From the NCBI GenBank assembly GCA_963734495.1, contig CAVTHK010000011.1:512001-576000 (forward strand): a stretch of DNA of 64,000 bases. The letters are read 5' to 3'. Shown here piece after piece: positions 9,424 through 18,715 of the stretch. Source of the DNA: an uncultured Spirochaetota bacterium (GTDB taxonomy: Bacteria > Spirochaetota > Spirochaetia > SZUA-6 > CAVTHK01). The translations under genes were made by a program, and so were the position numbers. The notes beneath the pieces are model-generated. The model saw nothing but the letters and a program-made list of their open reading frames with translations, did not search any database and was not told the origin of the DNA. How positions within the stretch are numbered: the first letter of the stretch is position 1; each line of letters begins with the position of its first letter.

Positions 9424-10329
9424 CTACTGGTAGCGGAAGAAGAGCTTGGCCGATCCGACCTTGACGACGTCCTCGTACTTCAGGACGTGCTCCTCTTCCA
9501 CGGGCCGGTCGTTGACGAGGACCGGCTGCCCCCGCTCCACGGCCGCAAGCACGGCCTCGCCCTTGCGCAGGCGCACCTCGGCGTGCCGCTCCGCGAGGCC
9601 CTCGTAGCCTGCGAGGGCGATGTCGGCGCGGGCCGAGCTTCCGATCCGCGTGCGCCTCTGGTTGATGAGGAACTCCTTGCCCTTGAGCCTGCCGTTGAGC
9701 ACGCGGAGGACCCCCGCGGCGAGGCCGCGCTCGATCAGGCCGTAGAAGAACGCGATCGCGGCGCCCAGGATGACCAGCCCGATGAGCCGCGAGACGGCCG
9801 GCACCGGCACGAGGAGGCGCGACTCCTCAAGCAGCGCCCCGCCGACGAGGCCCCCCAGCGCTCCGCCGAGGAGGCCCACGACGATCTTGCGCGGCGAGCG
9901 GGAGCGCGCGCCTTCGCACGCGCCCACGAAGAGGCCGAGCACGGCCCAGGCGACGGCGTGCGACACCGGCAGCACGACCCTCGCAAAGCCGCGCTGCGAG
10001 CGCAGCGACTGCATGAGGCGCTCGCCGGTCTGCAGCAGGAACCCCTGCCCCGCGAGCGACCCGACGACGCCGCCCACGGCGCCGATGGCGGCGCCGACGA
10101 GCGCGCCGGAAACCATCCGGCGCCGGTCGCGGGCAAAGAGGCCTTCGGCGCTGCCGAAGGCCGCGCCGAGCACGACACCGACCGCGACGCCCAGGACGGA
10201 CTGCAGGACGAGGTAGGAGCCGAGGCGGGCCTGGTTGGTGACGACCAGCTCCGCGATCGGCCACGCCGCCATCCCCGCCAGCACCCCCAGGGCGAGCAGG
10301 ATCAATCTGCGCATTGCCGTAGACATCAC
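9424..10329 (-). CDS. Multi-pass Gly-rich membrane protein with C-terminal FHA-like domain
   Basis: About six GxxxG-rich helices, then LRVLNGRLKGKEF...RIGS...ERHAEV...LKYEDVVKVG. Confidence 0.78.
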   Translation of the reverse strand: MMSTAMRRLILLALGVLAGMAAWPIAELVVTNQARLGSYLVLQSVLGVAVGVVLGAAFGSAEGLFARDRRRMVSGALVGAAIGAVGGVVGSLAGQGFLLQTGERLMQSLRSQRGFARVVLPVSHAVAWAVLGLFVGACEGARSRSPRKIVVGLLGGALGGLVGGALLEESRLLVPVPAVSRLIGLVILGAAIAFFYGLIERGLAAGVLRVLNGRLKGKEFLINQRRTRIGSSARADIALAGYEGLAERHAEVRLRKGEAVLAAVERGQPVLVNDRPVEEEHVLKYEDVVKVGSAKLFFRYQ

Positions 10330-10335
10330 TTCACC

Positions 10336-12297
10336 TCATGGCTCGGTTCGTAGGACGAGCGCTCTGCTAGCGCGATCGAGCGAGACGCGCACGCGCGTGG
10401 TGCGGTTGGGGGCGACGGACACGGCGATCGTCTCCGACGACGCGCCGCGCCGCGCGGTCAGCCGGTACTCGCCGGAGTCCAGGACGAGGTCGCGGGTCTC
10501 CGCCCCGAGGGCGGGGAGCGCCTGGTAGCTGCGCTCGTTTCCGCCGGACACGTAGCTCGCGGCGTCGTCGAGCAGCAGCGTCACGCCGCCGGTCTCCGAG
10601 ACGATGCTCAGCGTGCCCGCCACCGGAACGAGGGCCACGTCGAGAACGAGACGGGTTTCGTTCGGCCGTACGAGCAGGTTGTAGATCTGCGGGAGGTAGC
10701 CGAGGCGGTCGAAACGGAACCGGTAGGCCGACCCGCTCCTGAGGCCCGCCTCGACCTCGGGAGTGAGGGCCACCCAGTCGTTGCCCCGAGCCACCGAGGC
10801 GGCCGTGCCCGCGAGATCCGCGCCGGTGCGGACGTCGTGGACCTTGAAGCGGACCGACAGGGGAAGCCCCCCGACCGCGCTCAGCGGGACCTCGATGCGC
10901 TCCTCCTCGACCGTGTCGAAGTGCCTGCGCTGCTCGTCCCGCGGCGGGAGGAAGAACGACACCCAGGTGAGCTCCCCGTCGACGCTCATCTTGAGCCGGT
11001 AGCGGCCCGCCGGGAGGTACACGCGAGGAGACTCCATCGTGAACCCCTGCCCCGGGATCCTCGGCGCTGCCGCCGATCCGACCGGCGAGGCGAAGGCGAC
11101 CAGCTTGCCGAGCAGGCCCTCGGCTGCGGGCCCGCCGGGAGGCGGGGCAGAGAGCTCAAGCACGGGACCGGGCAGGAGGTCTCCGCCCTGCTCGCTGTAA
11201 AGCAGAGCGCGCGCCTCGATGTCCTCGGGCTCCTTGTAGCCCGGCGGGACGCGGACCGCGGTCACCAGGGCGCCGTAGCGGTCGGCAAGGAACCACTCGT
11301 AGCCGTAGCCGCGGCGGGCGAGGGACCAGCCGGCGGCCGCGAGGATCGCCAGCACGACGAGCGCCACCCCGGACCAGACCAGCGCCGGCCGGCGGTGGCG
11401 GAACAGGTCGCCGATGCCTTCACCTTTGAGGATTTTCCGGATGCCTTCGCGGATCGCCTGGGGCTCGCGCCTCCTGATGCGCCTCGCGAGCATCCGCAGC
11501 ACGGGCTGCAGGTCCTGGAAGCGGCGGCCGCGGTTGGGCCGGATGCACCGGGCGATGATGCGCCGCAGCAGCGGTGAGACCCTGGGGTTCAGGCGCACGG
11601 GCGGCGTGTACTTGCCCTTCTGGATCTGGGAGATGGTCTCCGCGTTGAAGGCGCCGGGGAACGGCAGCTTCCCGGTGACCGCCTCGTACAGCACGACGCC
11701 GAGCGAGTAGATGTCGGCCCGCTTGTCCGCGTTGCGCGCGTCGCCGATCTGCTCGGGCGGGATGTAGCTTGGGGTGCCGAGCGTCATGCCTTCGCGCGTC
11801 AGCGACTGGTCGGACGGCTCCGTGGTGGTCGCGATGCCGAAGTCGACGAGCTTGACGTCGCCGTGCTTCGAAATCAGGATATTGGCCGGCTTGACGTCGC
11901 GGTGCACGACGCCCTTGTCGTGCGCGTGCTTGAGCGCCCGGCACACCTCGTGGAACACCAGCACCGCGGCCTCGTTGGTGAGGTAGCGCTCGCGCCGGAT
12001 GAGGTCCTCGAGCGACATGCCGTCCACGAACTCTTCGACAATGTAGTAGTACGAGCCCTCCTTGAAGTGATCGTAGACCTGCACGATGCCGTCGTGCTTG
12101 AAGTCCATGAGCAGCGTCGCCTCGCGCTTGAAGCGCTCGGTGAACTGCGTGCCCCCGCGCAGGGCGAGCCGCTTGAGCAGGACGTAGCGGCCGAGGGTGG
12201 GGTGCTTCGCCTTGTAGACGGTCCCCATCCCGCCCTGCGCGATCCTCGAGACAATCTCGTACTTTCCGATGGTCTTGGAGCGTTTCTTATCTTCCAT
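10336..12297 (-). CDS. Hanks-type transmembrane Ser/Thr protein kinase with extracytoplasmic beta-sandwich (PEGA-like) region
   Basis: GGMGTVY, HRDVKPAN, DFG, GTPSYIPPEQ, DIYSLG, followed by a TM helix. Confidence 0.92.
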   Translation of the reverse strand: MEDKKRSKTIGKYEIVSRIAQGGMGTVYKAKHPTLGRYVLLKRLALRGGTQFTERFKREATLLMDFKHDGIVQVYDHFKEGSYYYIVEEFVDGMSLEDLIRRERYLTNEAAVLVFHEVCRALKHAHDKGVVHRDVKPANILISKHGDVKLVDFGIATTTEPSDQSLTREGMTLGTPSYIPPEQIGDARNADKRADIYSLGVVLYEAVTGKLPFPGAFNAETISQIQKGKYTPPVRLNPRVSPLLRRIIARCIRPNRGRRFQDLQPVLRMLARRIRRREPQAIREGIRKILKGEGIGDLFRHRRPALVWSGVALVVLAILAAAGWSLARRGYGYEWFLADRYGALVTAVRVPPGYKEPEDIEARALLYSEQGGDLLPGPVLELSAPPPGGPAAEGLLGKLVAFASPVGSAAAPRIPGQGFTMESPRVYLPAGRYRLKMSVDGELTWVSFFLPPRDEQRRHFDTVEEERIEVPLSAVGGLPLSVRFKVHDVRTGADLAGTAASVARGNDWVALTPEVEAGLRSGSAYRFRFDRLGYLPQIYNLLVRPNETRLVLDVALVPVAGTLSIVSETGGVTLLLDDAASYVSGGNERSYQALPALGAETRDLVLDSGEYRLTARRGASSETIAVSVAPNRTTRVRVSLDRASRALVLRTEP

Positions 12298-12356
12298 GAA
12301 CCGTTACGGCGCGCTCGCACGGCCGCGCGCGGGGCCCGCGACTCCCGGGGCTCGAG

Positions 12357-12884
12357 CTATGTCTCGAGCTCCTTGTTGACCTCCACGAACTCCTCGGTGA
12401 GGATCTGGGTCGCGCGGCTGATCCGCTCCTCCTGCTTCTCCAGGTCCAGGTCGGCAGCGGTGACCGCGATCTTGAACAGCGGCGAGGAGCTCTGGATGGG
12501 GCCGGGCGAGAAGCGGGCCGGCTCGCCGATGCGCACGTCGTCGGCCAGGCGGGAGCCTTCGCGCGTGGCCATTTCCGGCACGTCCTCGCGCAGCCCGATG
12601 CTGGCGTACTGCACGCGCCGGCCGTCCTCGCGCAGCGGGCCGATCGCGAGCAGAGAGCCGGAAAAGGTCATCGCGAGGCAGCCCTGCTCGTCCTCGCGGC
12701 CGAGCGATTCCACCTCGTCCATCTTCATGCTCGCCACCCGCTTCTCGAAGAGCTCCTGCTTCTCGAGCCAGCCCTTCGCGATCATCTCCACCGAGTCCTC
12801 GGTGTCCGGAAGGCCCGACGACCTGGTGATCTGCCGGATGTGATCCTGCACGTCGATCGGGATCTTGTCGAGATACTCGCCCAT
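12357..12884 (-). CDS. Hypothetical acidic protein; stand-alone copy of the domain also found N-terminal to HU in 13112..13966
   Basis: GGAGG RBS; first gene upstream of the kinase; clear colinear similarity to the divergent gene. Confidence 0.8.
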   Translation of the reverse strand: MGEYLDKIPIDVQDHIRQITRSSGLPDTEDSVEMIAKGWLEKQELFEKRVASMKMDEVESLGREDEQGCLAMTFSGSLLAIGPLREDGRRVQYASIGLREDVPEMATREGSRLADDVRIGEPARFSPGPIQSSSPLFKIAVTAADLDLEKQEERISRATQILTEEFVEVNKELET

Positions 12885-12965
12885 GGCATCCTCCTATGGG
12901 TACATAGAGAAGATAGCTCACCGGAGCGCCCAATGCATCCCCTTCGGCTTTTCCCGGCGGGCCCT

Positions 12966-13070
12966 GTCGCGACTGCCGGCGCGACTCGCCCCGACGCGTC
13001 CCGGCGCGCCCCGACTGCCGGCCCACTCGGCGGGCCCCGTCGCGACTGCCGGCCCCACTCGCCCCGGCGC
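12966..13070. repeat. Three copies of CGACTGCCGGC in the divergent intergenic region
   Basis: Copies at 12970, 13012 and 13043. Copies 1 and 3 extend to GTCGCGACTGCCGGC-nnn-ACTCGCCCCG. Confidence 0.7.
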
Positions 13071-13111
13071 TCTGCTCGCGCCGCGGCCCCCGAAGCGATA
13101 CACTCAGGGAC

Positions 13112-13966
13112 ATGAGCAACGAGATCGAGGGCCTCAGCCCGGTGGTGCGCGGGCACATCCTGGCGATCACGCGCAGCTCCGGCCTCCCGCAGACCGAGGA
13201 CTCCTTTGCCCGGATGGCTGCCGCATGGTTCGAGAAGAAGAAGCTCTTCGAGCAGCAGGTCCGGGTCCTTGCCATGAAGGAGGTCCCGGCGTTCGCTGCC
13301 GCCGACCCGGGCGGGGCGCTGGCGCTCACGTACTCCGGCTCGCTGATCAGCGTCGAGCCCCTCTTCGACGCCGCGCGCCGCGTCGAGTACGCGAGCATCC
13401 CCCTGCGGGCCGACGTCCCCGCGATCGCGATCGCGGAAAGGACCACGCTCGAGCGCGACCTGCGGGTCGACGATGAAGCCGCCTTTACCCGCGGCCCGGT
13501 CAAGAGCACCTCGCAGCTGCTCGCCATCGCCGCCTGCGGCCCCGATCTCCCGCTGACCGAGCAGAGCCGGAGGATCCGCGAGGCGACGATCTTTCTCACC
13601 AACGGCTTCATCAGGATCAACCGGACCGTCCTGCCACCCGAGGGAGGGGCGCCCGAGCAGTTCACGCTGCGGTCGATCGTGGCCTACCTCTCGCGGCGCA
13701 CGGGCCTCCCGAAGACCCGGGTGCGGACGCTCCTCGGCGACTACCTCGCGGTCGTGGAGGCGGGCCTCGTGCTCGGCGAGCGCGTCCCCCTCGGCCGCAT
13801 CGGCCGCCTCTCGCTCGTCAGGCGCCCCGCCCGCAAGGCGCGCGCCGGATTCAACCCCGCGACGGGCGAGCCGCTGACCATCCCGGCGCGGCCCGAAACG
13901 ATGGCGCCGCGCATGAGTTTCAGCCGCGCGCTCAAGGAGCGGCTGCGGGACCTGCCCCCCGGCTGA
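13112..13966 (+). CDS. Unknown ~170-aa domain fused to a C-terminal HU/IHF-family DNA-binding domain
   Basis: C-terminus ...LSRRTGLPKTRVRTLL...GERVPLGRIGRL...PARKARAGFNPATGEPLTIPA...FSRALKERL shows the HU arm motif. Confidence 0.85.
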   Translation: MSNEIEGLSPVVRGHILAITRSSGLPQTEDSFARMAAAWFEKKKLFEQQVRVLAMKEVPAFAAADPGGALALTYSGSLISVEPLFDAARRVEYASIPLRADVPAIAIAERTTLERDLRVDDEAAFTRGPVKSTSQLLAIAACGPDLPLTEQSRRIREATIFLTNGFIRINRTVLPPEGGAPEQFTLRSIVAYLSRRTGLPKTRVRTLLGDYLAVVEAGLVLGERVPLGRIGRLSLVRRPARKARAGFNPATGEPLTIPARPETMAPRMSFSRALKERLRDLPPG

Positions 13967-14074
13967 TCGCGCGCCCGGCCCCGTCGCCCGACCCGCGCTA
14001 TAATGGCCGCGACCGCCGCCGGCCCGCGCCGGCCCCCAGCGCCGCTCCGCGGCGCCGGACCGAGAGGAGACACG

Positions 14075-14911
14075 ATGATCCCGACCGATTCCTTTGCCCT
14101 CAACAGGATCGCCTGCCCGGGCCTGGGGCTCGAGGACTTCTTCCTCGTCGCGCGCGAGGCCGGCCTGAGAAAGGTCGAGCTCCGCAACGACCTTCCGGGA
14201 GGCAGGGTGACCGACGCGCTTTCTCCGTCGCGCGCCGCGGCCCTCGCGAAGAGTCATGGGGTCGAGATCGTCACCATCAACGCCCTCCAGAAGTTCAACG
14301 TGAAGGCTCTCGCCGGCCAGGTGTCCGCCGAGCTCGAGAGGCTCCTCGACCTCGCCTCCGAGCTGCGGTGCCGGGCGATCGTCCTCTGTCCGAACAACGA
14401 CCCGGCCGACCGCCGCGAAGCCGCGGCACGGCGGAGCGAGACCGTGGAGGCGCTGGCCGCCCTCGGCAGGCTCTTCGCCGCAAGCGGCGTTCTCGGTTAC
14501 GTCGAGCCGCTGGGCTTCGCCGAATCGTCGCTCGCCTCGGTCTCGGCAGCCGCGGCGGCCGTGAGGGAGTCCGGGCAATCCTGCTATCGCATCCTCCACG
14601 ACACGTTCCACCACTACCTCGGGCCGGACGGCTCCTCCGCCATCGGCGCGGGTTATGACGTGCGGACCATCGGCCTCATCCACGCCTCCGGCGTCGAGTC
14701 GCAGGCCGCCAAAGAGCGGATCCGCGACGAGCACCGCGTGCTCGTGTCGCCCGCGGACCGCACGGGCTGCCGCGAGCAGGTGCGGCGGCTCGTCGATCTG
14801 GGCTACGCGGGCGACATCTCTTTCGAGCCCTTTTCGCCCGCCGTGCAGGGCCTCGGAAGGGCCGAGCTCGTAGAGGCGCTCAAGAGGAGCCTCGCCTACC
14901 TGCGGGGCTGA
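14075..14911 (+). CDS. TIM-barrel sugar phosphate isomerase/epimerase (xylose isomerase-like, IolI-like)
   Basis: FALNRIACP, VELRND, INALQKFN, YVEPLGF, DTFHH, IHASG, ISFEPF. Confidence 0.8.
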   Translation: MIPTDSFALNRIACPGLGLEDFFLVAREAGLRKVELRNDLPGGRVTDALSPSRAAALAKSHGVEIVTINALQKFNVKALAGQVSAELERLLDLASELRCRAIVLCPNNDPADRREAAARRSETVEALAALGRLFAASGVLGYVEPLGFAESSLASVSAAAAAVRESGQSCYRILHDTFHHYLGPDGSSAIGAGYDVRTIGLIHASGVESQAAKERIRDEHRVLVSPADRTGCREQVRRLVDLGYAGDISFEPFSPAVQGLGRAELVEALKRSLAYLRG

Positions 14912-15069
14912 AGGCCGGTGCCCGCATCTCGCCCGCCTGCAGCCTGACAGTCCGGCGCGGACGTTCGCCCGCGCGCGGGGCTGACGCCCGTGACGGCGCC
15001 CTCCGGGCGCAGATTTCCATGGACAGCAGATATCTGCTGCCTTAGAATATCGCCCTCTGGAAGAGGAAC

Positions 15070-16008
15070 ATGTCCGTACAGTCCCGCAGGCAGCTTTGGC
15101 AGCAGGTGGTCAAGCACAGGGTCCTCCTGCTCATGGTGCTGCCCGCCTTCCTCTATTTCCTGATCTTCCGCTATGGGCCCATCCTGGGGGTCTCCATCGC
15201 GTTCCTCGACTTCAAGGCCAAGGTGGGGCAGACCTTCTTCCAGAGCATGATGCGCAGCCGGTGGGTGGGCCTGGACAACTTCCGGGATTTCCTCACCGGC
15301 ATGACCGGCCTTCAGATCCTGCGGAACACGCTGCTGATCAGCCTGTACAAGATCTTCTTCGGGTTTCCCGCCCCGATCATGCTGGCGCTGCTCCTGAACG
15401 AGGTCCAGCTGAGCTCGTTCAAACGGGCGGTCCAGACGATCACCTACCTTCCCCATTTCGTGTCCTGGGTGATTCTCGCCGGCATCATGCGAATGCTGCT
15501 TTCGCCGGACTTCGGCCTGATCGTGCCCGTCTTCCGCTTTCTGGGCATCGAGGTCGTGAATTTCCTCGGCGACACGAGGTATTTCCGCGGGCTGCTGGTA
15601 GTCTCCGACATCTGGCAGGGAATCGGCTGGGGATCGGTCATCTACCTCGCCGCCCTTTCGGGCCTGGATCCCCAGCTCTACGAGGCGGCCACGATCGACG
15701 GCGCCGGCCGTTTCCGTCAGCTGCTTGCCATCACGCTGCCGGGCATCGCGTCGACGATCGTGGTGATGCTGATCCTGCGCACCGGCGCGATCCTGGACGC
15801 CGGCTTCGACCAGGTGTTCAACCTCCAGAACGCGGCCGTGCTGTCCGTGTCGGACATACTGGACACGCACATCTATTCGGCGGGCATCCTGAACGCGCGC
15901 TTCAGCTACACGACCGCCGTCGGCATGTTCAAGTCGGTCTTCGGTTTCCTCATGGTCATCGCGACGAACTTTGTCGCCAGGCGGCTCGGCCAGCAGGGGA
16001 TCATGTAG
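15070..16008 (+). CDS. Carbohydrate ABC transporter permease (LplB-like)
   Basis: WVGLDNF, YLPHFVSWV, LYEAATIDGAGRFRQ (EAA motif). Confidence 0.92.
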   Translation: MSVQSRRQLWQQVVKHRVLLLMVLPAFLYFLIFRYGPILGVSIAFLDFKAKVGQTFFQSMMRSRWVGLDNFRDFLTGMTGLQILRNTLLISLYKIFFGFPAPIMLALLLNEVQLSSFKRAVQTITYLPHFVSWVILAGIMRMLLSPDFGLIVPVFRFLGIEVVNFLGDTRYFRGLLVVSDIWQGIGWGSVIYLAALSGLDPQLYEAATIDGAGRFRQLLAITLPGIASTIVVMLILRTGAILDAGFDQVFNLQNAAVLSVSDILDTHIYSAGILNARFSYTTAVGMFKSVFGFLMVIATNFVARRLGQQGIM

Positions 16009-16018
16009 GGGGAGCGGA

Positions 16019-16894
16019 GTGTCGAGGATCAGGGCGTCCGCCGGCTATCGCGCGTTCAAGGTCGCCAACGCGGCATTCCTCGTTCTTCTGTGCCTCGTGA
16101 CGATCTACCCCTTCGTGCACGTCGCCTCCATCGCGTTCAGCACCTACCCCGAGGCGATCCGCACGGGGGTCCACCTGTACCCGCGCGAGGTCGACCTGTC
16201 GTCCATCAAGCGGGTGTTCGCCGCCCCCGAGATCTGGACCGCCTACTACAACACCGTGTGGAGGACCGTCATCGGCACCTCTCTCACGGTCCTCGTCACC
16301 GGCATGGGCGCCTATGCGCTCTCGAAAAAGACGCTGCCCTTCCGCCGGACCATCATGACAATGTTCCTGTTCACCATGTACTTTTCGGGAGGAATCATCC
16401 CGTCGTTCCTGCTGATGCGTTCGCTGCACCTGCTGAACAGCCGCTGGGCGATGGTGCTGCCCTCGCTCGTGTGGGGCTTCAACATCATCGTCATGCGCAA
16501 CTTCTTCATGACGATCCCCGAGAGCCTCGAGGAGTCGGCCCAGATCGACGGCGCCTCGGACTTCAGGATCTTCTTTGCCATCATCGTCCCGCTGTCGCTG
16601 GCGGTGATCGCCACCATCGCCATGTGGATGGGGGTGTTCCACTGGAACGCCTACTTCGACAACCTGATCTACATCACGGACAGGAGCAAGTACGTGCTCC
16701 AGCGCATGATCCGCTCCTTGATCATCGACGCGGACATGAGCGGGTACGAGTCGATGAACGACGCGAGCGTCCTGTCGCCGGAGCAGCTCAAGGCGGCCAC
16801 GATCCTGATCTCGACGCTGCCGATCCTGTTCGTGTACCCCTTTGCGCAGAAGTACTTCATCAAGGGCGTGATGATCGGAGGGGTCAAGGGGTAG
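16019..16894 (+). CDS. Carbohydrate ABC transporter permease (LplC-like)
   Basis: GTG start; MYFSGGIIP, IPESLEESAQIDGA, YPFAQKYFIKGVMIGGVKG. Confidence 0.92.
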   Translation: MSRIRASAGYRAFKVANAAFLVLLCLVTIYPFVHVASIAFSTYPEAIRTGVHLYPREVDLSSIKRVFAAPEIWTAYYNTVWRTVIGTSLTVLVTGMGAYALSKKTLPFRRTIMTMFLFTMYFSGGIIPSFLLMRSLHLLNSRWAMVLPSLVWGFNIIVMRNFFMTIPESLEESAQIDGASDFRIFFAIIVPLSLAVIATIAMWMGVFHWNAYFDNLIYITDRSKYVLQRMIRSLIIDADMSGYESMNDASVLSPEQLKAATILISTLPILFVYPFAQKYFIKGVMIGGVKG

Positions 16895-17064
16895 GTCCCG
16901 GGGAAACGCATCGAGCGCGCGGGCCGGAGACCGGACTTGACACGGCGGCCGGACGCGAAGGAGGTTGCGGGAGGAGAGAGCGAAACGCGGATCTCGATGG
17001 CGGGTCGGGTCGGGACATCGGCAGGGCGATGTCTTCGCTTCGGATAGCGACAAAGGAGAGTATC

Positions 17065-18627
17065 ATGAAGAGATTGTTCGCGGTGACGGCGACCCTCTGC
17101 TTCCTCGCGGCAGCGCTCTATGCGGGCGGCACGACGGAAGCGGCTGCGAAGACGGCCACCGAAGAAGTGACGTGGATGGTCCACATGGACCTGGCCACGA
17201 ACAAATCGTGGACGACGACGGCCGTGCCGGAGCTGCTCAAGAAGTACGGCTTCGACGTCAAGTTCCGCATGATCGAGATGGGCACCCACGACCAGGCGGG
17301 GGAGTACTACACCAAGTTCCAGACCACCGTCGCTTCGGGCGCGCAGCCGCCCGACATCATCCACCTGTCGGGTCTGCGGACCGAGGCGCTCGACGCGGGA
17401 TGGTACGCGGAGCTGAACATCGACACGGTCAAGAAGCTGATGCCGAAGTACTACGCGGCGGCCAACAAGATCTACGACAAGATCTGGGCCTGGGGCAAGG
17501 ACGCCCAGACCGGCAAGCTCTATGGCCTTCCGTCGTGGAACATGTTCGGGTCGACCCGGCACACGATGGTCTACCGCAAGGACTGGCTCGATCAGCTCGG
17601 GCTCAAGGTCCCGGTCACGATCGAGGAGTTCGAGACGTTCCTCCGCAAGGTCCGCACCGTGGATTTCAACGGCAACGGCCAGAAGGACGAGTACGGCTAC
17701 ACCTCCGGAACGAACTCGCCGCAGGCGGGATTCAGCGAGGTATTCGGCGCCTACGGGACCCTGCCGCAGGCGTGGCTGGTCAGGGACGGCAAGGTAGTGC
17801 GCGGCGAGATGCTCCCGGGCGCCAAAGAAGCGCTCGCCACGCTCGCAAGGTGGTACGCCGAGGACCTGATTCCCAAGGGAGTCAACACCACCGAGAAGCG
17901 GCGCGACGGCTTCAACCAGGGCATCCGGGGCAGCTATGGGCAGGCGGACGGCTACGCCCCCGCCCTCGTCAAGGGCGGTCAGAACTACGAGGAGTTCTAC
18001 AAGATGCAGCCCAAGGGCGTGATGCTGCCGGCGCCGAGCTTCAAAGGGCCCCGCGGCGAATGGGGCACGCTGGAGTGGGGCCCCCGCAAGTACACGGCGA
18101 GCTTCGGGTCTCACCTGGCGAAGAACCCGGCGAAGATGGAAATGCTCATGAAGATGCTCGAGACCATCGCCACGAACGAGGAGTTGTTCGTGGCCGCGAT
18201 GCTGGGCAAGAAGGGCGTGCACTGGGACTTCACCGACCCCTCCAAGACCAGCGGGGCGACCAAGTTCCTCGAGCCCTACACCGAGTTCAACAAGCGCCTC
18301 GACGAAGTCGGCGTGCGCGAGATGTCGGAGAGCCCGTACTGTCCGGTCTGGGTGCCCGAGGTCTACGAGAAGTACCTCGACCCGCTGGCCGTCGAGTACG
18401 CCCATTACAACCCGGGGTACTTCGACGCGCTGCTGCAGATCCCGTTCGCGGCGCAGACCAAGTATTCCCCGGCGCTCAACAATCTGACCAACGAGACCTT
18501 CCTGTCGATCGTCACGGGCAGGAAGCCGCTCGGCGAGTACGACAGCTATGTGCAGACCTGGATGAAGAACGGCGGCGAGGAGATGACGAAGGCGGCCCAG
18601 GCCCTCTACGACAAAGCGTTCAAGTAA
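17065..18627 (+). CDS. Extracellular solute-binding protein, family 1 (oligosaccharide)
   Basis: AAGGAG RBS, signal MKRLFAVTATLCFLAAALYAGG, YRKDWLDQLGLKVPVTIEEF. Confidence 0.88.
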   Translation: MKRLFAVTATLCFLAAALYAGGTTEAAAKTATEEVTWMVHMDLATNKSWTTTAVPELLKKYGFDVKFRMIEMGTHDQAGEYYTKFQTTVASGAQPPDIIHLSGLRTEALDAGWYAELNIDTVKKLMPKYYAAANKIYDKIWAWGKDAQTGKLYGLPSWNMFGSTRHTMVYRKDWLDQLGLKVPVTIEEFETFLRKVRTVDFNGNGQKDEYGYTSGTNSPQAGFSEVFGAYGTLPQAWLVRDGKVVRGEMLPGAKEALATLARWYAEDLIPKGVNTTEKRRDGFNQGIRGSYGQADGYAPALVKGGQNYEEFYKMQPKGVMLPAPSFKGPRGEWGTLEWGPRKYTASFGSHLAKNPAKMEMLMKMLETIATNEELFVAAMLGKKGVHWDFTDPSKTSGATKFLEPYTEFNKRLDEVGVREMSESPYCPVWVPEVYEKYLDPLAVEYAHYNPGYFDALLQIPFAAQTKYSPALNNLTNETFLSIVTGRKPLGEYDSYVQTWMKNGGEEMTKAAQALYDKAFK

Positions 18628-18646
18628 TCCCGAAGCAGCAAGCGGT

Positions 18647-18681
18647 GAGGGGAGGGCCGCCCACGCGGGCGCCCTCCCCTC
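18647..18681. terminator. GC-rich hairpin between convergent genes
   Basis: GAGGGGAGGG-CCGCCC...GGGCG-CCCTCCCCTC inverted repeat, no long U-tract. Confidence 0.55.
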
Positions 18682-18715
18682 GGCCGCGCCGGGCTATCGG
18701 TGACCGGCGGCCGCG

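Noticed and set aside
12966-13070. Mini CRISPR array
   Set aside because: Repeats are short, degenerate and irregularly spaced, and there are no cas genes.
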